A DNA stretch of 64,000 nt, taken from the IMG/VR virus record IMGVR_UViG_2937142334_000003, one strand, 5' to 3'. Below, in pieces: positions 48,906 to 58,566 of the stretch (positions are counted from its first letter, which is position 1; every line of letters starts with the position of its first letter). A program made the translations under genes and the position numbers. Source of the DNA: a virus (Duplodnaviria; Heunggongvirae; Uroviricota; Caudoviricetes). The notes beneath the pieces were generated by a model, which was not told where the DNA came from, did not search any database, and saw only the letters and a program-made list of their open reading frames with translations.

Positions 48906-49619
48906 ATGAAAACTGTAAGATATAATGGATGGTTATGTGGGAACGATTCATATCCTGATGACACTGCAAAGAAATATAAAGATAAAATAAATAAGGAGAT
49001 CTTTGGTTTTAACCGTTTAGCTAAAGATATTGCTGATAATGAAGATGGATGGGAATACATTCAACAAGAAGTTAGGTTCAAGGGTCAGAAAGTTAACGGC
49101 TTAACGCTAGGACGTAAGGCATGGGATCATTATATAATTATTAACAATCAAAAAGTATTGGTTGAATTTGATGGATCGCAACATTATACGGAGGTTAATC
49201 AGTATTTAAAGGATATTGAATATACAAAAGCGGTTGAAAAACTTGGCTATAAAGTTGTACGCATTCCTTACTTCATTCAACTTGATAGTAGATTAATTAA
49301 ATATTATTTTGACTTTGATTTAAAGAATACTATTGTGGATCATACCTTTCTGCAAGGATTCAGGGTTAATGGTAAAGAAGAAATTTCTGAATTTAAAGGT
49401 ACGGCAGCTAAAGATTTTAAAAATACAATGAAATATAAATCAGTTTTACCAACAGAATATTGTATTTTAGGTTTACAAAGGTTCGAAAAGGAAATTCACA
49501 ATTTTCTAGATGTCGGATTCAATGATGTAGTTCAAGAAATAAAAGAGAGTATTATTTGTAGATGTAAAGATTATGGGTGGCCGGTAGAGTACGGATTACC
49601 TGATATTAAATGGAATTGA
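48906..49619 (+). CDS. DUF559/Vsr-like endonuclease-fold protein
   Basis: VLVEFDGSQHY ... KAVEKLGYKVVRIPY. RBS caaggagag. Confidence 0.45.
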   Translation: MKTVRYNGWLCGNDSYPDDTAKKYKDKINKEIFGFNRLAKDIADNEDGWEYIQQEVRFKGQKVNGLTLGRKAWDHYIIINNQKVLVEFDGSQHYTEVNQYLKDIEYTKAVEKLGYKVVRIPYFIQLDSRLIKYYFDFDLKNTIVDHTFLQGFRVNGKEEISEFKGTAAKDFKNTMKYKSVLPTEYCILGLQRFEKEIHNFLDVGFNDVVQEIKESIICRCKDYGWPVEYGLPDIKWN

Positions 49620-49775
49620 TGTATTACACGTTAATTGGTCGCATTAAAACAAGAATTTTAATGACTAGTTATAGCATGAAAGACTCATGAATACCTCACT
49701 GAGTATTCACTGACTACTCAATTCCCCTCTTTCATGTTATAATATAGATACACAAAAAGCAGGCCCGTTAAAAAG

Positions 49776-50012
49776 ACGGTGGCCATGTTACAGATTAACT
49801 AATAAAAGATCGTCCGTAAACCTGCCAAAGTTAGTAGGACGGTTTTTTATTATGCACAGAATGTGAAAATAAAGGTTAGCAATGCGATAATAAATGTCGC
49901 AAAGGCCAACATTAACATAAGTGCTTGGTAAGCGCTCATGTGCCGATAATCCTTTCATCATGGTGAAGTCCATATGAACCACCTCCAGTCAGGAATCGGC
50001 CACCGTCCTTAA
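49776..50012. other. 13-bp perfect inverted repeats (aaggacggtggcc / ggccaccgtcctt) bracketing a 225-bp segment with a small minus-strand ORF and an internal hairpin
   Basis: Seen in sequence. Confidence 0.45.
49788..49975 (-). CDS. hypothetical 62-aa Cys-containing protein. Start at the ATG after ggaggtgg.
   Basis: ORF track 49788..49982. Confidence 0.3.
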
Positions 50013-50286
50013 AACTTGCCTGCTCTAGTATTATATCATATAGATAAAAAGGGACCCAGGAACCAAAATGATTCCTGGGTTATTTAATAATGGAAATATA
50101 CTATTTAAAATTAGGGAGTTAAATAGTATGTCACTATTATAACATAGTTTAGCCAGACCTTTTGTAAAATGAATGTTTTATCAATTTAGAAAATATTGGA
50201 AAAATAAAAGAAGCTTGATTAGAAGCTTCTTTGTTTCTACCATCTAGGTATCCTTATATGTAAAAGATGAATTGATTATATCATAA

Positions 50287-53200
50287 TTATTTTTTAAGTA
50301 AACCTACAGTCGCAGTAAATCTATCTTGTTGGGATATATCATCTCCAAAAAGGCCATATAGTCTATCAACAAGTTGATCATTATTTTTGTGTGCATCATT
50401 TAATTTTTCTGGTAAAGCAGAATTAGATGCATACATTTGATATATAGAAATATCATTTTTCATAAGGTTTTCGCGTTCATTGATTATATTCTTTGCAGAC
50501 TCTTCCAGAAGTAATTTGTCTTTATCAGACAACTCAGGAAGTGGGAATTTATAATAAACAGTTTCCGTAGAATACCTAATGCCATTTCCAAGACTTCCAC
50601 TAATAATTTGAGTCCAGGCATAATGTAATCTGCTTTGCAAAATAGCAAATAACCAAAGTGGAGCGTCAAAAATCTGGTAAACTTGATCACTAACTATTAC
50701 GTTATCCGATATATAACGCATGGGTACAATCATTCTCTTACTGGTTGTATTTCTAGGTATTGCAAGGCTAGATTTATGTCTGTATCTATCTCTCTTATAA
50801 GTTCCAGGTGTTTTAGAAAGTTTTCTATCTTCTTTTGATACGGTCTGTCTAAAGATTGATATATTCTTTAGTCTGTCCTGAATGAAAATTGGTAATTTAT
50901 TAATATCGCTATCCTTCGGAATATACATTTCATAACTTTGAGATGTATTTTGCTTAAGTAGCTCTTGACCTCCGTAAAATGGATGAAAATATTTTGCGCT
51001 TTCAGGATCACTATCGATTAGCTCGTCATATTTAGACTTTGTAATTCTGTAATTCCCATCATCAAGGAAGACACTTCCAAGTTCGGCTAACGGTAATTCT
51101 GTATTCTTTGACTGTTTAGATAAGTTAATCCAGTCACCCTCAACTAAATATTCATTAATATTTGATACAAGACGAATATTTTGGTTTTCATCAACCAATC
51201 TTTTATTCTGATGCCCGAGTAGAGCTCCTTTTTTATTGAAACCTATGATAACTACGAATACCTGTGCACCGTTATTATCCCATCTGAATGTCTGGTATGC
51301 AAAATCTATTTCTAGTTTGTGTCCCGTTAGGAGTTTCTCAAGATTTAGTGCCTGCACACCTTGCGCTATAGAATTAGAGGACACAAAGCCAACTTTTAGA
51401 TTTCTATTGAATTCGGTCGCTTTTGCAGCTTTCATAAACCAACCAAACACGAAATCCATATTATTTAATCTTTTTAACGCAGATTTTGGGAAATAAGTTG
51501 ACAGACGTGGATGTTCGAATTTACCCTTCTTCGTTTTCCCGCCTTTAAATGGTGGGTTTCCTAAAATATAATTTAAGGAACTTAAATCAACTACATTATT
51601 CCAGTTTAGTTTTAGTGCATCACCCTGAATAATATTCGCTGATTTATGGAGTGGTATACGGACAAAAGGAACACCAGATACGACAGTTTCAGAAAATTCC
51701 TGGTTCATAATATGATCCATCATCCACATACCTGCTCTAGCTATATCTATAGGGTATCGATTGTATTTGGCCTCACCTTTTTCTGATTCATATGGAATAC
51801 CGAGTTCAATACCACTAAACTGATTGACTTCAACCCCAATAAGCGGCTGCCAGTTCCGTGAGTTTTTATCTGAAGATAGATTGCCATATCGTGTAAACCC
51901 AAGTGTAGTAACATCGTTTAGGCCAAAACCGATTTCTGCATTACTTTGGTTGGTGCTAATCAATATTTCTGATACAACTTGATGTTCTAATCTTCTTAAT
52001 TCCCTATAGGCAAGGATTAAAAAGTTTCCAGAACCACAAGCAGGATCAAGAAAAGTAAGTGTTGATAATTTTCTCTTAAATGCGAGTAATTTGTTCGTAA
52101 CGCTTGCTTTCGATTTCTTTATTTTCTCGAATTCTTCTCTCAGATCATCCATAAATAGGTTGTTTATTACCTTCAAGATATTTTCTTCGCTTGTGTAATG
52201 CGCCCCTATTTCATGTCTAGTTCCTTTATCCATTGCACCTTCATACATTGATCCGAAAACTATTGGGTTCACCTTAGACCAATCATCTTTAGATATATTA
52301 TAAAGGTCATCAACTAATTGATCATCCAATGGTTTTACATAAAGGCTAAAGGATTCCTTTTCAGCACCTTCGAAGAGTCCTCCGTCGATATAAGAAACTC
52401 CGGGAGCCAATCTAGCTCTTAATTCGTTATCTTCAGTGTCAACTGCACCGAAAAAGCGCTTGAGTTTTTCTAAACGTAAAGGCGCCTCTATCTCTTTCAG
52501 CCCATGTAAAAAGTCAGTGAAGATATTTTGCTTGTTAAATATTTGAGTGTCATCAGCGAACATTAGGAACGCTAATCGAACAATCATTTTGTCTGCTTGT
52601 TCCTGCGTAAAGCCTAAAGAAATAAGCTTACTATGGATTTGTCCCATTTTTGTTGCTTTATCAGCAGAGATTCTTAAACCTAATTCACGCTTCTTTGTGA
52701 CCTCTTTTTTCAGATCTACAATAGGAGAGATCTCTTTATCGTCTAGTTTTGGAATGATATTTTGAGGCGCTAATAGATAAAATAACTTTTCTAAATTATC
52801 ACCAGAAGTCAGTTTCTCTAAGTTTATAGAAAAATAGTCTAGTCGGTTTCCAAGATAAACTCTTAATTCAACAAAGTTAGTTACGATTTCAAAACGTTGT
52901 TGATTATCTGGATTGCGAAAACGGGAGGCGTAATCAAAAGCTTGATCTATTCCTTTACCACGATCATGCTGGCCTCTTTTACCAAAGCCATAAGTAGAAT
53001 CTTCTACTTCAATAAAACCAACGGGATATATATCGTTAGACTTGTTCGAATCTAGATCCTCCACATTGAATAATCCTAAAATACCATCTGGAATTTTTCC
53101 CGTCTGATCACTATATTCTGTAGCAAACGTTACTGTATCTGATTTTCTAGAGCTTGAATCGGTTTTTGTATAGCCCAGTATATCCACAAATAGATTGCGT

Positions 53201-53382
53201 AAAAAGTCAGGTCGGTGTTGATTTTCCTTCCATTTATAAACCTCATCACCATGAAAAGAGTTAACTAGACGCTTGGCTGCTTCATACTTTTCTTTTGTTA
53301 TCAGTGCCTTGGTATTTTGGGCAGCCATATCGTTTCGTAAATCAACGTCCGAAATGATAGTTCCATGATTAATTATACTCAT
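50287..53382 (-). CDS. gamma-class N6-adenine DNA methyltransferase fused to large N- and C-terminal domains. Candidate Type IIL/IIG (MmeI-like) restriction-modification enzyme or BREX PglX-like methyltransferase.
   Basis: FLDPACGSGNFL (motif I) and GNPPF (motif IV) in the middle of a 1031-aa protein. Possible PD..EVE nuclease-like motif near the N-terminus. Confidence 0.6.
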   Translation of the reverse strand: MSIINHGTIISDVDLRNDMAAQNTKALITKEKYEAAKRLVNSFHGDEVYKWKENQHRPDFLRNLFVDILGYTKTDSSSRKSDTVTFATEYSDQTGKIPDGILGLFNVEDLDSNKSNDIYPVGFIEVEDSTYGFGKRGQHDRGKGIDQAFDYASRFRNPDNQQRFEIVTNFVELRVYLGNRLDYFSINLEKLTSGDNLEKLFYLLAPQNIIPKLDDKEISPIVDLKKEVTKKRELGLRISADKATKMGQIHSKLISLGFTQEQADKMIVRLAFLMFADDTQIFNKQNIFTDFLHGLKEIEAPLRLEKLKRFFGAVDTEDNELRARLAPGVSYIDGGLFEGAEKESFSLYVKPLDDQLVDDLYNISKDDWSKVNPIVFGSMYEGAMDKGTRHEIGAHYTSEENILKVINNLFMDDLREEFEKIKKSKASVTNKLLAFKRKLSTLTFLDPACGSGNFLILAYRELRRLEHQVVSEILISTNQSNAEIGFGLNDVTTLGFTRYGNLSSDKNSRNWQPLIGVEVNQFSGIELGIPYESEKGEAKYNRYPIDIARAGMWMMDHIMNQEFSETVVSGVPFVRIPLHKSANIIQGDALKLNWNNVVDLSSLNYILGNPPFKGGKTKKGKFEHPRLSTYFPKSALKRLNNMDFVFGWFMKAAKATEFNRNLKVGFVSSNSIAQGVQALNLEKLLTGHKLEIDFAYQTFRWDNNGAQVFVVIIGFNKKGALLGHQNKRLVDENQNIRLVSNINEYLVEGDWINLSKQSKNTELPLAELGSVFLDDGNYRITKSKYDELIDSDPESAKYFHPFYGGQELLKQNTSQSYEMYIPKDSDINKLPIFIQDRLKNISIFRQTVSKEDRKLSKTPGTYKRDRYRHKSSLAIPRNTTSKRMIVPMRYISDNVIVSDQVYQIFDAPLWLFAILQSRLHYAWTQIISGSLGNGIRYSTETVYYKFPLPELSDKDKLLLEESAKNIINERENLMKNDISIYQMYASNSALPEKLNDAHKNNDQLVDRLYGLFGDDISQQDRFTATVGLLKK

Positions 53383-53399
53383 ATATCTATAATTACTCC

Positions 53400-53615
53400 C
53401 TATTCCTTTTTTCTAGGATCTTTTTCGCCAGTAATAGCTTCCATTGCTTTAGTGGTTACAACCCATGTGCTTCCAAATTTGCGGATTGAACCTTCTGGAA
53501 ACTTTTCTGGTGATTTTTTATATGCTGTTCTTACATATCCTTCATTTTTATCCCATATTTTAGCTGCTTCTTTTGCATCCATAATATTGGGATTATTTAA
53601 ATCTATTTCATTCAT
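53400..53615 (-). CDS. small HTH DNA-binding protein (possible controller or excisionase-like)
   Basis: KFGSTWVVTTKAMEAITG HTH-like. Directly upstream of the MTase gene. Confidence 0.45.
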   Translation of the reverse strand: MNEIDLNNPNIMDAKEAAKIWDKNEGYVRTAYKKSPEKFPEGSIRKFGSTWVVTTKAMEAITGEKDPRKKE

Positions 53616-53863
53616 TTCTTTCCCCTTATTATTGATATATTAAGTATATAATAGACACGCTTACGTGTAAATGAGTATAAAAAAGAAGTCCAGGACTGGG
53701 AAGATGTCCTGGAGCTCCAATGAAGATGAAAACAGTTACTCTAAATAGTAACTAGGTATATTATACCCTATTAGTCATACTTGATCATAGTATTATTTTA
53801 GTGTTATGACAAAATTGGTGGTTTGTGTACGGCGCAAGGGAACAATTGATAGAAATAAGAAAA

Positions 53864-53916
53864 ATAGACATCTATTAATTACTTCAATGAGGTAATGATA
53901 GATGTCTATTTTTTTG
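53864..53916. terminator. 13-bp inverted repeat (aatagacatctat / atagatgtctatt) followed by a T7 run
   Basis: Seen in sequence. Confidence 0.5.
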
Positions 53917-53975
53917 TTAGGTTCTTACTGTGCAGCGCACAATACTCTAATGATATCATAACATAAAATAGCTAT

Positions 53976-54476
53976 TTAATACGTATTACGCCACCAGTCT
54001 ACTGTAGATTTCTCATTATATATTCTATTCCCAAATTTCCTCATAAACCATTTCACCTGATCTGGGGTATAGCCCCTAAAAACCATGGGTAACTTATTCC
54101 ATTTATTATAAATAGCAAATAGAAATAAAATATATTCTTTACTATCTATATCTTTAGCAGGAATTTCGCTTATCATGACGGGTGATATTGCAGTACCCAA
54201 GGCAGCGAAAGTGTCTAAACTCATTTTATAGGTAAGATGATACCCATCAAGGTTAGTAGTGAATACGAATAAAGCTTGTTTCTTTCGAGGATTGTAAACT
54301 TCCTCTATTTTCCTATTAGCTCTTCGTAATAATTTTTTTGTAGGATTTAGAATTGGTCCTTTCAATTGTAAACATCTCCTAAAAGAAAGCGTGCATATAA
54401 ATATACTTATGACTTGGTGTACTTTTGTCATAATCAAAGTAGTCATGGTAACGACGAATACGTTCCCATTGTGCAT
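53976..54476 (-). CDS. hypothetical protein. Overlaps the downstream frame of 54379..54825 by ~100 nt, so the two may be one frameshifted gene.
   Basis: ORF track. Confidence 0.35.
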   Translation of the reverse strand: MHNGNVFVVTMTTLIMTKVHQVISIFICTLSFRRCLQLKGPILNPTKKLLRRANRKIEEVYNPRKKQALFVFTTNLDGYHLTYKMSLDTFAALGTAISPVMISEIPAKDIDSKEYILFLFAIYNKWNKLPMVFRGYTPDQVKWFMRKFGNRIYNEKSTVDWWRNTY

Positions 54477-54825
54477 TTCTAAATGCTTGTTCTTTAGAAA
54501 TATTCTTTGCTTTTGCTGATTCTAAAGCCATAGCTATCTCTTCTAATGATAATTTTACATCTTCTAGCTCTATTTCTATAATAGCAAGAGTTTGATTTCG
54601 AAGACTTTCTTCAAGTTTTTCTGGTATGTCGCTATCACCATTTAGCATTTTATCTCTTGTTTCGTTCATCAATCTAACAATTTGAGTTGCTTGTTGCTTG
54701 TTATAAATATAGGCAGAATCAACTTTGTTGTATTCTTCTGATCTTAAGAAACCAGCAACCTTACTAATATATGCGCCGGAGTTTTCATCTAAAACACGGT
54801 ATATCTTTTTGCTCATAATAGTCAC
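54379..54825 (-). CDS. hypothetical protein (N-terminal part of a possible Rep-like or regulatory protein)
   Basis: ORF track. Confidence 0.4.
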   Translation of the reverse strand: MTIMSKKIYRVLDENSGAYISKVAGFLRSEEYNKVDSAYIYNKQQATQIVRLMNETRDKMLNGDSDIPEKLEESLRNQTLAIIEIELEDVKLSLEEIAMALESAKAKNISKEQAFRNAQWERIRRYHDYFDYDKSTPSHKYIYMHAFF

Positions 54826-55188
54826 CCTTTAACATTTAATCGAACGTTAGTTTGCATATTCAGTATATCATGCGTACATATGTTCGTAAATAGAATAATA
54901 AAAAAGACATTACTAATTTTAGTAATGTCTACGGGGTGCTAGAAAGTCAGTGGAAAACTTTCTAGTAATTGCAAAAGACATCGGAGGAGTCTTTCACATA
55001 AGTCCATTCTACTAAAATTTAATTATGAATACAATGTACTGATAATTATTCCCTCTCAGTGCAAATTAAATGATCAACTATACGTTAACTAGATTTAAAT
55101 TTTGCCTGAGAGGGAATAAAAACTAATACTTTGGTTAATTGAATTTCATATCCATGATTTTTGAACGAGTTTCTACCTATTATATATG

Positions 55189-55446
55189 TTAATTTTCGAA
55201 CTGTTTAAGCGTCTTCCAAAATATACAAATTAAAGCACATTGAATAATGAATGTAAGTATTACTGGAATATTGACACGTCCAATAACAAATAATTCTGTA
55301 GAGACGAGAGCTAAAACGACAACGCTTAAGCTCATTTGTGCAACAGCAATCCAATGCTTTCGCTTCCTATTAAAAAGTGAAGTAGCAATTATTTGAAATA
55401 GAATAATGAGACTTATAAGTCCCTGCAAAATATATAATGGCTGCAT
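55189..55446 (-). CDS. small membrane protein (2-3 TM)
   Basis: ORF track. Confidence 0.45.
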   Translation of the reverse strand: MQPLYILQGLISLIILFQIIATSLFNRKRKHWIAVAQMSLSVVVLALVSTELFVIGRVNIPVILTFIIQCALICIFWKTLKQFEN

Positions 55447-55455
55447 ATTATCTCC

Positions 55456-56049
55456 TTACCCGAAATCTATAGTATCTAATAGTCTTTCTCGAGACACTTG
55501 GTCTAGCCCCAAATATCTCAAAGTCATTTCTTCTGATGAATGGTTGAGTAATGACATAACTAATCCGATATTATAATTGCTCTGTACGTAAACTCGATAT
55601 GCTCCAGTCTTTCTCATGGTGTGTGTTCCCAGATATGGAATGTCCAGGAGATCTCCAACTTTATGCATAATCGTATAATACCTTCTTTCATCGATATGTT
55701 TATTGGGTCTGGTAGTCGATGGAAATAGCCAGGGCGTAGTTTGATAATAGTTGTTTTCTTCTAACCATTTTTTATAATTCTCTAAATCCTCACGGACAGG
55801 TTTTAAATACAATGTATTTTGCTTGCCCGTTTTCTTATCTTTAATAAATGCGTTTCTTTTTACCTCGCCATATTTATCATAGACATCTTCCTGTTTTAAT
55901 CTGAGTACGTCACTTACTCGAAGTAAGGTTGCCTTTCCAACTTGGAAAATAGTGTAGTTTCTAACACCAGCTCTAAAGTTATTTATTAACGTATCTTGTA
56001 CTTCAGATAACACATAAGAGTCTTTTATAGGTAAGACTAACTGCTTCAT
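55456..56049 (-). CDS. small tyrosine recombinase/integrase (catalytic domain only)
   Basis: LRVSDVLRL (Arg I), GTHTMRKTGA (H-x-x-R), LLNHSSEEMTLRYLG (catalytic Tyr). Start at ATG 56049 after aggtgg. Confidence 0.7.
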   Translation of the reverse strand: MKQLVLPIKDSYVLSEVQDTLINNFRAGVRNYTIFQVGKATLLRVSDVLRLKQEDVYDKYGEVKRNAFIKDKKTGKQNTLYLKPVREDLENYKKWLEENNYYQTTPWLFPSTTRPNKHIDERRYYTIMHKVGDLLDIPYLGTHTMRKTGAYRVYVQSNYNIGLVMSLLNHSSEEMTLRYLGLDQVSRERLLDTIDFG

Positions 56050-56389
56050 AAAACCACCTAAGATAAGTGTTATTTTTTGATATATATAATTATAACACTT
56101 CTTTATTTTACCAGAAAAACAAGTGCTAAAATAGCTTAAATTAGGAAGTGTTATTAGAAACAAATAACACTTCTTTGCTAAAAATAAGTAAAAAGAAAAA
56201 AAGCCCCACATAAAGTGGAGCCATCTTAGGAAGGTAGGAATCTGTATTTGGATTTTCTTAATGTTATTGTATCACATTTGTAAATTAGTGGGAGTCAAAA
56301 TTTTTCAAGGATTATTTTAGACGCTGTGAGCAGTATTATTCTATAGTTTAACTGTTTTATTATAAACGTATGATATAATATTAATGTCA

Positions 56390-56860
56390 AAAAGATTTAA
56401 TGGCGGTGGCGTAATCCACGAAAGGATGGTGGTCACTATGAGCGTAAGCTCGTGGTACTCTCCTCTATCCGTAAGAAGGGAGTGCGCCGTAAAGTTTGTC
56501 CTTAATTGGACTTTTGCAATCAAGTTGCCCTTGGGCAGTTGGGACGATTGTAACGATACTAGGCTTAGTCGGAATATTTCTGGCTCTACGCCTATTGTTA
56601 CTCAGTGTTGCTTACTGTATTGATGCAGTGGGCACAGTGATCCGAGCTGTAAAAAGGGTTGTGTTGACGTGGAAATCTCCACCGAATGACACAAAATTAG
56701 ACAGAGATGCAAAAGAAAAACACCGCCTATTGGACGTGGGACGGTGTCTTCTGAAGTCTTTGTTTAATATAAAATAAATGACGTTAAGTAACCTGTCACC
56801 GCTAATAAATCTTAGCGACATCAGAAAGGGCTGTGTTGGTAGCGCAGCTCTTTTTGTTTA
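56390..56860 (+). other. GC-richer block with four mutually overlapping ORFs on both strands, ending in a terminator hairpin (56826..56860). Non-coding RNA or a small membrane protein (56496..56777).
   Basis: Composition visibly differs from flanks. No frame is clearly preferred. Confidence 0.3.
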
Positions 56861-56921
56861 CACAATTATAATATCATACTTAGTCAATTAAGTACAATAA
56901 AATTCATTTTAGTACCAACCA

Positions 56922-57440
56922 CTAGTAGAATGAATTTTGTTGCCAAAATAATTTGGCCGCAGTCCACGAGCCGTATCTTTGTGCAACATATCGATCCGCT
57001 GTAGCTTCTTGATTTTCAGGACTTAGATCTCCGTTAAGGTATGAGACATCAAGCTGAAATTTACCATAGTACCGCGAATTTGCAGCAGTATAACTACCAC
57101 CAGATTCACGTTGTGCAATCCAAGCCTTTGCCTCAGCCTCTGAACCTGAAGCAGAGATACCTGATACACCACTTGCTGCAGGTGCTTGTTGAGTAACTGG
57201 TGTGGTATTAGTTGTAGTATTTTGTTGGTCGCTAGTTGGTGTAGTTACAGGGTTCGTTACATGATTATCGGTATCTTGCCCGTTTACATCTGTGTTCTTT
57301 ACACCAGGCATAACAACCAACTTATCTCCTACGTGAATTAAATGTTTGTTTGCAATATGATTTTCACGCACAAGAGTATCAACGTCCGTTCCGTGCTTTT
57401 GAGCGATGGCAGATAATGTATCACCCGCTTCTACTTGCAC
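56922..57440 (-). CDS. LysM-domain protein with an Apf/transglycosylase-like C-terminal domain. The mature protein probably starts upstream (signal peptide KNNNGVKIALTAIGALALGLVATGTTANA in-frame up to ~57542, no ATG).
   Basis: LysM: VEAGDTLSAIAQKHGTDVDTLVRENHIANKHLIHVGDKLVV. C-terminus: ESGGSYTAANSRYYGKFQ ... W. Confidence 0.6.
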   Translation of the reverse strand: MQVEAGDTLSAIAQKHGTDVDTLVRENHIANKHLIHVGDKLVVMPGVKNTDVNGQDTDNHVTNPVTTPTSDQQNTTTNTTPVTQQAPAASGVSGISASGSEAEAKAWIAQRESGGSYTAANSRYYGKFQLDVSYLNGDLSPENQEATADRYVAQRYGSWTAAKLFWQQNSFY

Positions 57441-57567
57441 GTGGTTGCTGTCAATAGTTGTGTCGGCATTTGCTGTTGTTCCTGTTGCTACAAGACCGAG
57501 TGCTAATGCTCCTATAGCTGTTAATGCAATCTTTACGCCGTTGTTATTCTTAGTGTTTAAAATAGTA

Positions 57568-58192
57568 TCATACTTCCTTTTCTTTATTTTTCTTAGTTAC
57601 TTTAATTACTGGATTTGTGTAATGGTAGCGGCAAACCGAAATATATTCCTGATCACCAATTTGAATTTGATCTCCATCATAGACTGGGGCGCCATCTACC
57701 ATTCTTAAATTCATTGTTGCTTTATGGTCACACCATTGACAAACTGTTTTGATTTCCTCTAATTTATCTGCTACCTCAAATAGTGTTTTTGATCCTTCAA
57801 ACAGATTACATTGAAAATCAGTCCGTAAGCCATAACAGATAATTGGAATATTATATGTGTCAACAATATTAGCTAAATCAACGACTTGCTGTGCCGTTAA
57901 GAATTCAGCTTCGTCGATTAAAATACAGTGTGGCCAAACAGTTCTTCCTTCTGTATCTAACTTCAATAACTTTGTAATCAATTCAATTACGTTATCTTCT
58001 GGTTTAATTGGTTGTGCTTCACAACTTAATCCTACTCGACTTGAAACCTTTCCAACGCCATAGCGATCATCGATGGCACTGGTCATAATCAAAACATCCT
58101 TATCTTGTTCTTGGTAATTGTGAGCTGTGGTTAGCAAGGACAATGATTTGCCTCGCATTCATAGCTCCATACTTAAAAAATAATTGTGCCAT
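57568..58192 (-). pseudogene. tdk: thymidine kinase with an apparent 1-nt insertion in the P-loop codons (MAQLFFKYGAMNA / RGKS)
   Basis: N-terminus MAQLFFKYGAMNA reads in one frame. The remainder (GKSLSLLT ... LIDEAEF ... ICYGLRTDF ... CQWCDHKAT ... SVCRYHY) reads in the +1 frame. Confidence 0.7.
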
Positions 58193-58194
58193 AA

Positions 58195-58566
58195 TTAAAT
58201 CACGTGTAATTCTTCAAATAAGTCTGCTGCTGGGAACATGCGGAATGCTGGATGCGCACGTAAGAAATCACGCAGTTCTGTTGCATTCATTTCAACATAC
58301 TCATAGTTATCTTGGTCTCCACCTTCTGTACAAACCAAAAATTCCAATTCCGTTGCATCAAAATCTGGATCTTCAAAATCATAGCCTTCTGGATTTTGCA
58401 CAACAAGTGGATACATATGGAATCCTTTCCAGAAGAATAACGGTTTCTTACGTTTGTCGTCTTGATCTTCTGAATAGCCCTGGGTTGTAAAAATGTAGCC
58501 GTAAATATTATCTGGGCTCAATTTCATATCAATGTTTTCTTGTGTTTCGTTATTCATTAGCATCAT
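58195..58566 (-). CDS. hypothetical acidic protein
   Basis: ORF track. Confidence 0.45.
   Translation of the reverse strand: MMLMNNETQENIDMKLSPDNIYGYIFTTQGYSEDQDDKRKKPLFFWKGFHMYPLVVQNPEGYDFEDPDFDATELEFLVCTEGGDQDNYEYVEMNATELRDFLRAHPAFRMFPAADLFEELHVI

Noticed and set aside
48565-49060. ORFs 48565..48765(+) and 48836..49060(-)
   Set aside because: Antisense to or overlapping the YbjQ-like and DUF559-like genes. No RBS.
50484-52765. Small ORFs 50484..50690(-), 51236..51496(+), 52547..52765(+) inside the methyltransferase gene
   Set aside because: Embedded in or antisense to a long, motif-supported ORF.
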